A stretch of DNA of 64,000 nucleotides from Spartobacteria bacterium (lineage in GTDB: Bacteria > Verrucomicrobiota > Kiritimatiellia > RZYC01), in assembly GCA_009930475.1 (NCBI GenBank), contig RZYC01000001.1:96410-160409 (forward strand), given 5' to 3'. The position numbers were made by a program, and so were the translations under genes. Shown here piece by piece: positions 20,851-30,647 of the stretch (positions are counted from its first letter, which is position 1; every line of letters starts with the position of its first letter). The notes below the pieces were generated by a model, which was not told the DNA's origin, did no database searches, and was given only the letters and a program-made list of their open reading frames with translations.

Positions 20851-22011
20851 CTATTTGAAGCAGATGCGGCGTATCAACGCCTCAAAATCTTCTTTTCCGG
20901 TTAAAAGTTCAATTTCGACCCGTAGGAAATAAATAGAGATATCACGACGTTTTATCTTAGGTAACCGTACGGCATCCTTTTCCGTTGTCACGATGATCTC
21001 CGCACCGCGTTCAATGCTCTTATTAATTCGATCCAATATTTCCATCTGAGTATAACGGTGATGGTCGGCATACCTTTTCCGGTCCACCAGCTCAGCACCA
21101 AATTTGCATAGTTCATTTTCAAAACCATCTGGAGAAGCAATGCCGGACATCGCAGCCACACGCTTGCCCTCAAGATACTCCAGCGGAAACCGCTCCCCTG
21201 TATAAACGTTTTCCAGATAGCGCGGACAATGACGACACTCCGAAATCTCTGCATGTGAATTCAAGGCTCGTAACTGTGCCTTCAACTCTTTTTGCGGACC
21301 GGAACACTTCGTAATAAAAATAAAATGGGCTCTTTTAATGTTACGTATAGGTTCTCTCAATAAACCGCGAGGCAGAACACGACCGTTATTACCAAAGGGG
21401 TTTGTGCTGTCAACAAGCACAATATCCACCCAGTGCTTCAGTTTTAAATGCTGAAACCCATCATCGAGAATCAGCGTATCACATCCGAGTGCCTTAATGG
21501 CATAACGACCAGATTTAACGCGATTGGCATCCACTAAAACAGCGGCTTTGGGCAGATTGGACGCCAGCATATAGGGCTCGTCGCCTGCTCGTCCAGACCC
21601 CATCAACAGCCGTTTTCCGTCAGATACAACAAGCGGTGCCGCTGTTCTGCTGGTTCCCCTGAATTTTGCCGCCACCCGATTTCTCAGCGGTGGTTTTTCT
21701 TTTTTATATCCACGACTTAGAATGGCGACCTTGCGTCCGCTTTCTGCAAGAGATCGTGCAAAAATTTCTACAATCGGGGTTTTTCCTGTTCCGCCCACCG
21801 TAAGATTTCCAACGCTGACCACTTGGCACCCAAGGGTGTAATGCCGAAAAATTCCATGACGATACAAATACAAACGACTCAACACAATGGATTCGAATAT
21901 TTTGGACAGTAAACTCAGAACAAACCGCCAAAATGCCGCGCCTCTGGATCGTCGGTCACCGTTGATAATTTCGAGAAAATACTCTTCAATTTGTTCATTC
22001 AAATGGGACAA
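20851..22011 (-). CDS. lpxK: Tetraacyldisaccharide 4'-kinase
   Basis: P-loop VGNLTVGGTGKTP characteristic of LpxK. 386 aa. Confidence 0.75.
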   Translation of the reverse strand: MSHLNEQIEEYFLEIINGDRRSRGAAFWRFVLSLLSKIFESIVLSRLYLYRHGIFRHYTLGCQVVSVGNLTVGGTGKTPIVEIFARSLAESGRKVAILSRGYKKEKPPLRNRVAAKFRGTSRTAAPLVVSDGKRLLMGSGRAGDEPYMLASNLPKAAVLVDANRVKSGRYAIKALGCDTLILDDGFQHLKLKHWVDIVLVDSTNPFGNNGRVLPRGLLREPIRNIKRAHFIFITKCSGPQKELKAQLRALNSHAEISECRHCPRYLENVYTGERFPLEYLEGKRVAAMSGIASPDGFENELCKFGAELVDRKRYADHHRYTQMEILDRINKSIERGAEIIVTTEKDAVRLPKIKRRDISIYFLRVEIELLTGKEDFEALIRRICFK

Positions 22012-22181
22012 CGTGCACCCTGTTCTGTTGATCGTGTTTGTAAAAATGCCTGAAAGAGCCTCTCATACGCAATCTTGCATGTATAGATCATTGACCAGCT
22101 CACCGCAACTATGATTCATATATTTACTTTTAAATATGAGACGTCATACGCCGAATCACTTAAAACCTGAAGAGAACAACG

Positions 22182-22817
22182 ATGGAATCCAGAAATATAA
22201 GCAATCAGTCAGCACCGGTTAGCGACCCGGAAAGTCGATCCCGTTTTATCCCTGAGCAATGGCTCACCCCCTTTGCTATCAGTGATTTATTTGTGCAGCC
22301 GAACCATCCTCTAGCCATTGATCTCGGCTGCGGGAAAGGCAGATTTCTTCTGGAACATGCTGCCGCGCATCCCGACATTAATTTTTTGGGCATCGACCGG
22401 ATGCTTAACCGTATCCGTAAAATTGCCAAAAAAGTCGATAAACGAGAGATGGAAAACGTCAGACTGCTACGGCTAGATGGTTTTTATACCGTTTCCTACC
22501 TCATCCCCGAGCACTGTGTTGATATCTATTATATTTTCTTTCCTGACCCATGGCCCAAGAAACGACACCATCATAACCGCATATTTAATGACGTTTTTTT
22601 AGACGCCCTTTATCGAACAATGAAACCCCGTGCCCTGCTGCACTTCGCTACAGATCATCTTCCTTACTACGATGATGTTTACGATCTGCTTCGCCACGAC
22701 GCACATTTCAAACAAACAGCGACCTACGAACCGCCACCGGAGGAAAAATCCGATTTTGAACTGATGTTCATGGACGACAAAGAAATCGGTCGCTGTTCCT
22801 TTGAATTCGTTCAATAA
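22182..22817 (+). CDS. trmB: tRNA (guanine-N7)-methyltransferase
   Basis: DLGCGKGRFLL SAM-binding motif plus FPDPWPKKRHHHNR, both diagnostic of TrmB. Confidence 0.8.
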   Translation: MESRNISNQSAPVSDPESRSRFIPEQWLTPFAISDLFVQPNHPLAIDLGCGKGRFLLEHAAAHPDINFLGIDRMLNRIRKIAKKVDKREMENVRLLRLDGFYTVSYLIPEHCVDIYYIFFPDPWPKKRHHHNRIFNDVFLDALYRTMKPRALLHFATDHLPYYDDVYDLLRHDAHFKQTATYEPPPEEKSDFELMFMDDKEIGRCSFEFVQ

Positions 22818-22838
22818 CCCTCACATTTCAGCGAAAAG

Positions 22839-23588
22839 CTACAACGATGTCATAGATTTAATCAGTGCTTCTGCCCTGGGTATGTCATCGGGATGATCGA
22901 TGCCCATGCTAGATGTTTCTGTAACAACCACTTTCATTCTGCATCCGAGATAGAGCGCACGCAGCTGTTCAAGCTTTTCGAGCTGTTCTATGTCGCATGG
23001 AATGGCTGCGACCATGTGCTCAAGCCATTCTTTTGTATAGGCATAAATACCGATATGACGGAGGTATGTGGCAGAAAGATCTGCGGGGTATTCATCTCGT
23101 GCACAGGGGATAATCGATCGCGAAAAATAAAGCGCCTTATGGGTGTGATCCATGACAACTTTCACAGTGGATGACTGCTTTAATTCTTCCATGGAAGTAA
23201 TCGCCGTCGCAGCAGTCGCCATATCCCAAATATACCTGTGATCATAAAAAGCACCTGCCAGTTCGTCGATTAACGCGGGCTCAATCAGCGGCTCATCGCC
23301 CTGAATATTGATAATAATATCGGCATCTGTTGATAATGCCGCTTCAGCAACCCGATCTGTTCCAGACGGGTGATCGGAACGAGTCATGATATGCTTTCCG
23401 CCAAATCCATCGACCGCCAGCGCAATGCGTGGATCATCTGTGGCGACAATTACATCGTCCAGTTTCGTTGCTTTTTTGGCCTGCTCATACACATGTTGAA
23501 CGAGAGGTTTTCCGGCAAGTAAAGCCAGACTTTTCCCCGGGAATCGCGTGGAACCCCAACGGGATGGAATAACGCCGATGATACGCAT
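22839..23588 (-). CDS. kdsB: 3-deoxy-manno-octulosonate cytidylyltransferase (CMP-Kdo synthetase)
   Basis: IIGVIPSRWGSTRFPGKSLA N-terminal motif. The start was moved to the internal ATG at 23588 (MRIIG). The six-frame ORF extends further to 23666 and would overlap the upstream gene. Confidence 0.8.
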   Translation of the reverse strand: MRIIGVIPSRWGSTRFPGKSLALLAGKPLVQHVYEQAKKATKLDDVIVATDDPRIALAVDGFGGKHIMTRSDHPSGTDRVAEAALSTDADIIINIQGDEPLIEPALIDELAGAFYDHRYIWDMATAATAITSMEELKQSSTVKVVMDHTHKALYFSRSIIPCARDEYPADLSATYLRHIGIYAYTKEWLEHMVAAIPCDIEQLEKLEQLRALYLGCRMKVVVTETSSMGIDHPDDIPRAEALIKSMTSL

Positions 23589-23617
23589 GACAATGATCCT
23601 TTCTGCGGGCAATGTGA

Positions 23618-24631
23618 CTATCCCGCGCACATGTCCATATACTGAATGAGTTCCTGCGTTGAGCACGTCGCAGTGCCGAGCTTGCCAACAACCACTCCGG
23701 CGGCATAATTGGCCAGTTCGGCCGCCTCGACTCGCGTCGCTCCGGCGGCCAACGCCAGAACTCCCGTCGCTATTACTGTATCACCCGCCCCGCTTACGTC
23801 AAACACTTCTCGTGCACGTGTGGGAATAACAGCAAAATCTTTGTCTTTTTCCACAAGTAACATCCCCTTGCTTCCCAATGTCAACATCAGTAATTCCGGC
23901 TCCCATTTGGCTCGAAGTGCACGAGCAACCCGCAATAATTTTTCGTCTTTTAAGGGATCGCCTTCAGGCTTGTTTTCTATGGCGGCCACAGCACAAAACG
24001 CTTCGTGCCGATTCGGAGAGGCCATGGTGATACCTTGTATGGCCAACTCATGGTAGTCTTTCGGATCAAATCCTGTCGGTATCCGCCTGCGACGAGCTGC
24101 TTGAATTACAGTATCGACAACACGCTGCTGGATAATGCCTTTGCCATAGTCTTCAATAATAACTCCTGTCGCCTTTTCAACCTCCACATCAATCATGGCA
24201 CATAATTGATCAAAAATCGCCGACTCATATTCCATTAATGCATCCCAGTCCACGCGACACACCTGCTGATGTTCCGCAATAATACGCGTTTTCACCGTCG
24301 TTTTCCATTGATCCAGCACAAGCACTCCAGACGTTCTTACGCCGCCATCTTCCAACAGATTCATCAGCTGCCGGCCGTGCCCATCCTGACCGATAACTCC
24401 CGAAACAAGCGATTGGCCTCCCAAAAATTGAATATTACGTGCCACATTGCTTGCTCCTCCGGGCATACTCGTCTCTTTTTCTACGCAAATTACAGGAACC
24501 GGGGCTTCCGGCGAAATCCTTGAAACCGTCCCGTAAATGAAGCGATCCAGCATAAGATCGCCTACAACTAAGATCCGCTGCTGTCCAAATCGCGCTGTGA
24601 TTTCTTTTGCACGTTCAATACAAATGCTCAT
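23618..24631 (-). CDS. D-glycero-beta-D-manno-heptose-7-phosphate kinase (HldE domain I / HldA-like)
   Basis: PfkB-type sugar kinase (VVGDLMLDRF...GAGDT) found in RfaE domain I. Sits in the LPS cluster. Confidence 0.7.
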   Translation of the reverse strand: MSICIERAKEITARFGQQRILVVGDLMLDRFIYGTVSRISPEAPVPVICVEKETSMPGGASNVARNIQFLGGQSLVSGVIGQDGHGRQLMNLLEDGGVRTSGVLVLDQWKTTVKTRIIAEHQQVCRVDWDALMEYESAIFDQLCAMIDVEVEKATGVIIEDYGKGIIQQRVVDTVIQAARRRRIPTGFDPKDYHELAIQGITMASPNRHEAFCAVAAIENKPEGDPLKDEKLLRVARALRAKWEPELLMLTLGSKGMLLVEKDKDFAVIPTRAREVFDVSGAGDTVIATGVLALAAGATRVEAAELANYAAGVVVGKLGTATCSTQELIQYMDMCAG

Positions 24632-24637
24632 AATGCC

Positions 24638-25564
24638 TCATTCTATCTCTGTGGTCGTATCTGCATGCTCCAAATCATATTCATCAGGAGAGTCTGGATC
24701 GTTATACCTAATTTCTTCCAGAATCAATTTAATATTCGCGACGGGCACGCTGGCCTCCATACGTGTTAATAATCGCTGATCATCATCAGAAACCCACATC
24801 CAGCCAGAACCCTTACGCACAAACAAACCGTCAAAAGCGGCCTTTGGTTCTATTTTTAGACTTTGTACATTGTCACCACCGTACAGCCTAACTGTTTCAT
24901 ATTTAATTGGATGTACGAATACATCATAAATATCCTCATCGGCCATGACTCGAAACTCCATATCAACACCCGGCTGAAACGACTGTTTCCGCATAAAATA
25001 CATAAATGAAATAAGGTCTCTAGTATCCTCTTCAATCATCAGTTCCTTCGTGTTTTCATTGAGAAATGAATTCCAGGAGGCCGTTCCATCCGAGTGATGG
25101 AAAACCGTTTGTTCGTGTGCACAATATCCCCCTTCTTTGAGGTTTTTAGTGAAACGTACAGGTAAAAAAGAACCGGGTTCAATAAGCGATTCAAGCACAT
25201 CATCAACAGGATAAACACTGCTTAAAATTTTATTCGTCCTGCTACGAAAACGGATACGTATATACCTGTACCCGTCTACATCCACATACCGAGTAGTCAC
25301 AACGCATTGACCAACAGGAACAAACCCCCAATAGATACGATAAACAAGATCTTCCCCCACTGGAAACCACAACGACTCAGCGGCTCCGTTCGATCGCGCG
25401 TCCACAGGCTCTGCGCCCGTTGCCATGTTTCGCGTGGACGCAATAACTACAAAAAAAAGAACATAAAAAAACCGAAACAAAATGAAGTGTTGGTAGTTTG
25501 ACATGTACATCCTATCCGTGAGCAATGGACTGAAGGTAAACAATGATACGGTTAACTCCCTCAT
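24638..25564 (-). CDS. Hypothetical exported/membrane protein, DUF3108-like
   Basis: Hydrophobic N-terminus. Resembles DUF3108 proteins that are often linked to LPS genes. Only weak recognition. Confidence 0.35.
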   Translation of the reverse strand: MRELTVSLFTFSPLLTDRMYMSNYQHFILFRFFYVLFFVVIASTRNMATGAEPVDARSNGAAESLWFPVGEDLVYRIYWGFVPVGQCVVTTRYVDVDGYRYIRIRFRSRTNKILSSVYPVDDVLESLIEPGSFLPVRFTKNLKEGGYCAHEQTVFHHSDGTASWNSFLNENTKELMIEEDTRDLISFMYFMRKQSFQPGVDMEFRVMADEDIYDVFVHPIKYETVRLYGGDNVQSLKIEPKAAFDGLFVRKGSGWMWVSDDDQRLLTRMEASVPVANIKLILEEIRYNDPDSPDEYDLEHADTTTEIE

Positions 25565-25790
25565 GAAACTGGTGTTGATAATACTTTACCAGCTTATTTA
25601 CCACTTGAATCCCAAAGTGCTTACAAACCGTCGCAGACATCGTTATGTCTAAATTAAAAACCTTGTTCATCGTTTTATTATGTTGCTGAAGCTAACACAC
25701 AGGATAAATGTATCAACAAGAAAATATGCATAATAAGTGACAGGCACATATATGTTGACATCGTTGAACTTTTTTGAGACAAGACACCCC

Positions 25791-26738
25791 ATGAGACGTA
25801 GACGTATTAAACGAAATCCATTAGCTTACTATCATTGCATGACCCGCATTGTCGGGCGACAAATGTTGTTGGGTGATGTGGAAAAAAAACATATGCACGG
25901 ACTGATCCGTAAAGTAGAAGCATTCACTGGCGTGAGGGTTTTAACCTATGCCTTGATGACGAATCATATTCATTTACTGCTCGAGGAACCGGATCGTAAC
26001 ACAGGAGTATCGGATGCCATATTAATGGAGCGAATGCGTGCTTTGTACACGGCGGATGAGATGCGGGAAATAGAATCTCGCTGGGCGGACTGGCTGCAGC
26101 AAGGGAATAAAAACGCAGTGGATTGTGATAAACAAAGCTATTCCTCTCGCATGCATGATATAAGCGAATTTATGAAGACACTAAAACATCGGTTTTCATT
26201 TTGGTACAATCGCAAGCATGGGCGAAAAGGGACGCTATGGGCAGAGCGTTTCAAAAGCGTTTTAGTGGAGGATGGCGATGCGCTTCGTACTGTGGCGGCA
26301 TATATAGAGATGAATCCGGTTCGAGCGGGCTTGTCAAAGGAACCTTCGTCATATCCATTTTGCGGATTTGGAGAGGCTGTGAATGGTTCCCGAGAGGCAA
26401 GAATCGGGATTACAGCACTGATGGTCAAGAAAGACGCCGCATTTGGTTGGGATACAAGCCATGACTGGCCAAAGCTTGCTTCACGATATTTTGATGATAT
26501 CTTGATGTATGGAAAGATAGACATTGAGTCAGGACCGTCGATAAAGCGTCTTTTGAGCCGATGCAGATATTTTACTGACGGCCAGGTGTTGGGATCAAAG
26601 TCTTTTGTAGAAGAATTTTTTTCGGAAAACAGGGAATATTTTGGCGAACACCGAACAGAAGGCGGACGAAAAATGAAAGGAGACTGGGATGGCCTGTATG
26701 CGATTCGAGATGTCAGCAGCCAGAGACCCAATCAATGA
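25791..26738 (+). CDS. IS200-like HUH (Y1) transposase-family protein, paralog 3
   Basis: TNHIHLLLEEP, AAYIEMNPVRAG and a conserved C-terminus. The start was set at MRRRRIKR (25791). The six-frame ORF starts at 25737, inside a promoter-like ATATATGTTGACA. Confidence 0.65.
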   Translation: MRRRRIKRNPLAYYHCMTRIVGRQMLLGDVEKKHMHGLIRKVEAFTGVRVLTYALMTNHIHLLLEEPDRNTGVSDAILMERMRALYTADEMREIESRWADWLQQGNKNAVDCDKQSYSSRMHDISEFMKTLKHRFSFWYNRKHGRKGTLWAERFKSVLVEDGDALRTVAAYIEMNPVRAGLSKEPSSYPFCGFGEAVNGSREARIGITALMVKKDAAFGWDTSHDWPKLASRYFDDILMYGKIDIESGPSIKRLLSRCRYFTDGQVLGSKSFVEEFFSENREYFGEHRTEGGRKMKGDWDGLYAIRDVSSQRPNQ

Positions 26739-26808
26739 GTTCTCCTACGATCTTGTGCTGCCCAAAAAACGGTACAACTGTTTGCCTTCAGGAAAAAATG
26801 GAGAATAA

Positions 26809-27753
26809 ATGATGAAAAGCATTTGTTGTATAGGGATCAGTGTGGCGGACGTGGTGGCCAAACCCATCCATGCATTGCCAGAAAACGGACGATTGGAACT
26901 AGTCGATTCAATCAGAATGTACACCGGGGGATGTGCGGCAAACAGTGCCATTGATCTCTCGGTGCTTGGGCTAAAATCATCTGTTATCAGTTTAGTTGGA
27001 CAAGATGCTTTCGGCTCCTTTGTTATCGATGAGTTATTAAAGCATGGTGTTGATATTCGGGGGATTAAGCAAACTGATAAAATAGGTACATCGGTATCCA
27101 TTGTCTTAAGTTTGCCCGATGGTGAACGCAGTTTTATTCATCACACCGGTGCCAACGGCGTATTCACTCTCAGTGATATCGATGAGACCGTCTGGATGGA
27201 CAGTGATTTTATTTTTGTGGGTGGATCATTGCTCATGCCCGCCTTTGACGGGGCTCCGACAGCTGCATTAATGAAAAAGGCACAGGCTGCGGGAAAATTC
27301 ACGATATTAGACACGGCATGGGACTCTACGGGCCGATGGATGAGCGCGATACAACCGGTTTTACCTCATCTGGATTTATTTATTCCCAGTTATGAGGAAG
27401 CAGAACAATTGAGCGGCGAATCAGAACCAGAAGAGATAACTCGCTGTTTCACGGAGCTTGGCGCAAAAAATGTGGTGATCAAGCTGGGATCTGATGGCTG
27501 TTACGTGCACAGCGGTGACGACCAATTCTATTCTCCGGCCCTTCCGGCCAAAGTTGTAGACACCTGCGGAGCGGGAGACTCCTTTGTTGCCGGCTTTTTA
27601 GCAGGACTGGCACAGGGATGGGACTATCACAAGAGTGCCGTCTTTGCCAATGCCGTCGGAGCATCCTGCGTACAGCAAGTTGGGGCATCAACAGGGATTC
27701 GTCCCATGGCAGATATGCTCGAAACAATAAAAAAATCAGTGTTGAAGATTTAG
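26809..27753 (+). CDS. PfkB-family carbohydrate kinase (ribokinase-like)
   Basis: DTCGAGDSFVAGFL signature. 314 aa. Confidence 0.7.
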   Translation: MMKSICCIGISVADVVAKPIHALPENGRLELVDSIRMYTGGCAANSAIDLSVLGLKSSVISLVGQDAFGSFVIDELLKHGVDIRGIKQTDKIGTSVSIVLSLPDGERSFIHHTGANGVFTLSDIDETVWMDSDFIFVGGSLLMPAFDGAPTAALMKKAQAAGKFTILDTAWDSTGRWMSAIQPVLPHLDLFIPSYEEAEQLSGESEPEEITRCFTELGAKNVVIKLGSDGCYVHSGDDQFYSPALPAKVVDTCGAGDSFVAGFLAGLAQGWDYHKSAVFANAVGASCVQQVGASTGIRPMADMLETIKKSVLKI

Positions 27754-27974
27754 GAAATTATCGACTACAGACCTATAATGAATGAGTTACCTACCGATCT
27801 TTGCTATTTCAGTAAAGAAATACAAAGAAACTATAAAATAGTGATTGCTTTATACAGTCCGCAGACCCATTGTCGCTTTTTGGTCAGCAATGGCCTTCCC
27901 GATCCGCACTCCGTGTCATCGTGTTGCATTCGGAATCATATTATACGCATGACACAAACTAAGGATATATCATC

Positions 27975-28298
27975 ATGGATATTTACGTAGGCAACCTGCC
28001 TTACCAGGCAGACGATCAGAAATTGCAGGAATTATTTGAACAGCATGGCTCTGTTACTTCTGCTCGCGTTATTGTAGACAAATTTACAGGCGACTCCAAA
28101 GGTTTTGGCTTTGTAGAAATGCCTGACAGATCAGAAGCTATGGCCGCTATCAGTGCCACAAACGAACAGGATTTCATGGGACGCAGCCTGCGCGTGAATG
28201 AATCTCAGCCGAAACCGAGAACCGGTGGTGGCGGACGTGACGGTGGTAACCGTGGCGGTGGCCGTGACAGCGGTGGCGGACGTGATCGTCGCTGGTAG
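27975..28298 (+). CDS. RRM-type RNA-binding protein with a Gly/Arg-rich tail
   Basis: RNP2 IYVGNL and RNP1 KGFGFVEM motifs, then a GGGRDGG tail. Preceded by a long (about 220 nt) leader. Confidence 0.8.
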   Translation: MDIYVGNLPYQADDQKLQELFEQHGSVTSARVIVDKFTGDSKGFGFVEMPDRSEAMAAISATNEQDFMGRSLRVNESQPKPRTGGGGRDGGNRGGGRDSGGGRDRRW

Positions 28299-28330
28299 GT
28301 TTTGCGAGTAATCGCACAGACTTAAGATTT

Positions 28331-28356
28331 GGCGTGCTTCGGCACGCCTTTTCTAT
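28331..28356 (+). terminator. Rho-independent terminator after the RRM protein gene
   Basis: GGCGTGC-TTCG-GCACGCC stem-loop followed by TTTTCT. Confidence 0.55.
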
Positions 28357-28497
28357 TTAGTGATCCGTATAAAAAATTTACATTCGTTCCTCTCGAAGAA
28401 ATTATTGAGAAATAAATTGACCCTGTGGGGATAGGTTAGCTACTTTGATAAAACTTTTCTTTCAACTAATAACCGTTGAAGGGGGTGAAAACAAACT

Positions 28498-28668
28498 ATG
28501 ACAGAAGTAAAAATTCGCAAAGGCGAACCACTGGAAAAGGCTCTTCGGAGACTTAAAAAGAAACTGGATAAAGAAGGCGTGATGCGTGAAATCCGTTCTC
28601 ATCGTCACTTCGAGAAACCCAGCGAAAAATTGCGTCGCAAACAGGCTCGTGCACGTACGCGCAGATAA
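28498..28668 (+). CDS. rpsU: 30S ribosomal protein S21
   Basis: 56-aa translation [56 protein letters not shown], with GGGGG/GAAA upstream. Absent from the supplied ORF track because it is shorter than 60 aa. Confidence 0.85.
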   Translation: MTEVKIRKGEPLEKALRRLKKKLDKEGVMREIRSHRHFEKPSEKLRRKQARARTRR

Positions 28669-28695
28669 TGCAAAATTATCGCTATACTTTACCTA

Positions 28696-28728
28696 AAAAA
28701 CTCTCCACAATCTGGGGAGTTTTTTTAT
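28696..28728 (+). terminator. Rho-independent terminator after rpsU
   Basis: AAAACTCTCC-acaatct-GGGGAGTTTTTTT. Confidence 0.5.
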
Positions 28729-28741
28729 TTAGTGAGCGTTT

Positions 28742-29686
28742 ATGAAACTATCGATATCAACACATTGGAATGCCAGCCGGCATACAACCGGCGAAGCAAT
28801 GATCGAAGAAATTCTTGAATTGGGACTGGACCGCGTTGAACTGGGGTATGATTTACGGATCGATTTAGTGGCCGGCGTCAAACGAATGGTGGATTCGGGG
28901 TCGGTTTGCGTAGGGTCGGTTCACAATTTTTGTCCGGTTCCCATGTCTGTTCCGCGTGGTCATCCAGAAATATGGACCTTTGCCGATCCATCGCGGCGCA
29001 TACGGAATCTAGCCTATCAAAACACCCTGCGCACCATAGAATTTGCAGCAGAAATGGGTGCGGGAGTGGTCGTACTGCATGCAGGAAATGTAAAAATGAC
29101 CCGTTATTCCAATACGCTGCTGCAGATGATTGAAGACGGACAGGATCTGACGACCCGATTTGAAAAACTAAAGATGAAAATGCTCACACAGCGCGAGCGC
29201 AAATCACAAAAGCATCTGCAATATATTTACGAAGGACTGCAAAAGCTTTCTCCTGCCCTGCACAGCTATGGGGTAAAACTGGGAATCGAAAATCTTCCTA
29301 CCTGGGAAGCCGTTCCCACTGAATCAGAGCTGGAAAAAATGCTTCAGCAGATGAATGACAGTCACATCGGCTACTGGCATGACATCGGTCATGGCCACAT
29401 TCGGCAGAATATGGGACTGATCAGCGTGGAACGCTGGCTGCAACGACTGGAACCATGGCTACTGGGCATGCACATACATGACGTCGCCTTCCCGGGATAT
29501 GACCACCTAGCTCCAGGAAAAGGGCGAGTGAACTACGACATATTTACACCCTTTATAACCGGAGCCATCGAACGTGTTCTCGAACCATCCAGCCGTGAAG
29601 CACCACAAGACATAGCTGCGGCCATTGATTTACTAAAACATGAATGGGCATCACCAAAGAAAGAAGAACAATGCCATGAGAAATAA
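28742..29686 (+). CDS. Sugar phosphate isomerase/epimerase (xylose-isomerase-like TIM barrel)
   Basis: TIM-barrel family features (VHAGN..., ENLP...). 314 aa. Confidence 0.65.
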   Translation: MKLSISTHWNASRHTTGEAMIEEILELGLDRVELGYDLRIDLVAGVKRMVDSGSVCVGSVHNFCPVPMSVPRGHPEIWTFADPSRRIRNLAYQNTLRTIEFAAEMGAGVVVLHAGNVKMTRYSNTLLQMIEDGQDLTTRFEKLKMKMLTQRERKSQKHLQYIYEGLQKLSPALHSYGVKLGIENLPTWEAVPTESELEKMLQQMNDSHIGYWHDIGHGHIRQNMGLISVERWLQRLEPWLLGMHIHDVAFPGYDHLAPGKGRVNYDIFTPFITGAIERVLEPSSREAPQDIAAAIDLLKHEWASPKKEEQCHEK

Positions 29687-30647
29687 ACCGTCTTCCCTCG
29701 CATTCAGCCATCCGAAAACGTTACGGGCACTCATTACCGGAGCCAACGGGTTTGTGGCGCAGCATACGATTCATGAATTCATTAATCATGGATATGATGT
29801 ACACGGACTAGACCACACGGAAGATATGTTTCACCATGGAACCTTTCATCAAGTCGATTTGTGTGACGCCAAGGCTGTGAGGTCATTAATTGAAAACATC
29901 AAGCCCGATGTATGCATTCACCTGGGCGGCATTGCGTTTGTACCCATGGGATGGAAAGATCCGCGCCTTGTTTACGATGTAAATTTACTAGGCACAGTGA
30001 ATCTACTGGAAGGCTTTCGCCATCATCATCCCGATGCCCGCGTTGTCGTTGTCACCAGCGGCGAGATCTATGGACGAAAATCGGAGAAACACCCGCTCAA
30101 AGAAAATGCACCCATGTTTCCAGCCAATCCCTATGCCATATCCAAGATGGCGGCCGACCAGCATGCACTGCTCTATGCAGAACACTTCAACATGAACATT
30201 ATGACCGCGCGACCGGACAACCATACCGGTCCGGGACAGTCAGATCTCTTTGTCACAGCGGCCTTTGCCCGGCAACTGGCAGAGATTGCAGACCATAAAG
30301 TGGATCCGGTAATGGCGGTGGGTAATCTGGATAATATGCGAAATTTCACCGATGTACGTGATGTGGCCACAGCCTATCGTCTGCTTGTCGAAACAGGTTA
30401 TGCGGGACAGGCCTACAATATTGCTTCCGGAGAAGTGGTTCGTATTCGTTCAGTACTGGATATGCTGTGCGACATCGCCGGCGTACGACCAGAAATCAAC
30501 ATCGATCCTGCCCGTTTTCGCCCGACGGATTACCTCCCCGTGCTTGATACACAGCACCTGCGGGATGATACAGGCTGGACTCCCAAAATACCGTTATCGC
30601 AGACGCTACAGGACATCTATGACTATTTCCGCCAGCAGAACCACTAA
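29640..30647 (+). CDS. NAD-dependent epimerase/dehydratase (GDP-sugar modifying, short-chain dehydrogenase fold)
   Basis: Rossmann motif LITGANGFVAQH and YxxxK-type active-site region. A likely alternative start lies at 29676. Confidence 0.75.
   Translation: MNGHHQRKKNNAMRNKPSSLAFSHPKTLRALITGANGFVAQHTIHEFINHGYDVHGLDHTEDMFHHGTFHQVDLCDAKAVRSLIENIKPDVCIHLGGIAFVPMGWKDPRLVYDVNLLGTVNLLEGFRHHHPDARVVVVTSGEIYGRKSEKHPLKENAPMFPANPYAISKMAADQHALLYAEHFNMNIMTARPDNHTGPGQSDLFVTAAFARQLAEIADHKVDPVMAVGNLDNMRNFTDVRDVATAYRLLVETGYAGQAYNIASGEVVRIRSVLDMLCDIAGVRPEINIDPARFRPTDYLPVLDTQHLRDDTGWTPKIPLSQTLQDIYDYFRQQNH

Noticed and set aside
23589-23666. 26-codon N-terminal extension of kdsB
   Set aside because: It would overlap the upstream heptose kinase gene. 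The conserved KdsB N-terminus begins at MRIIGVIPSR (23588).
25737-25790. 18-codon N-terminal extension of HUH paralog 3 (MTGTYMLTSLNFFETRHP)
   Set aside because: That ATG lies inside a promoter-like ATATATGTTGACA. The other two paralogs begin at the M[KR][QR]RIKR position equivalent to 25791.
30352-30618. Long N-terminal extension of the flippase-like ORF overlapping the epimerase gene by about 300 bp
   Set aside because: It is an out-of-frame overlap with a confidently called upstream gene, and its translation is low-complexity. An internal ATG at 30619 gives a sensible membrane-protein start.
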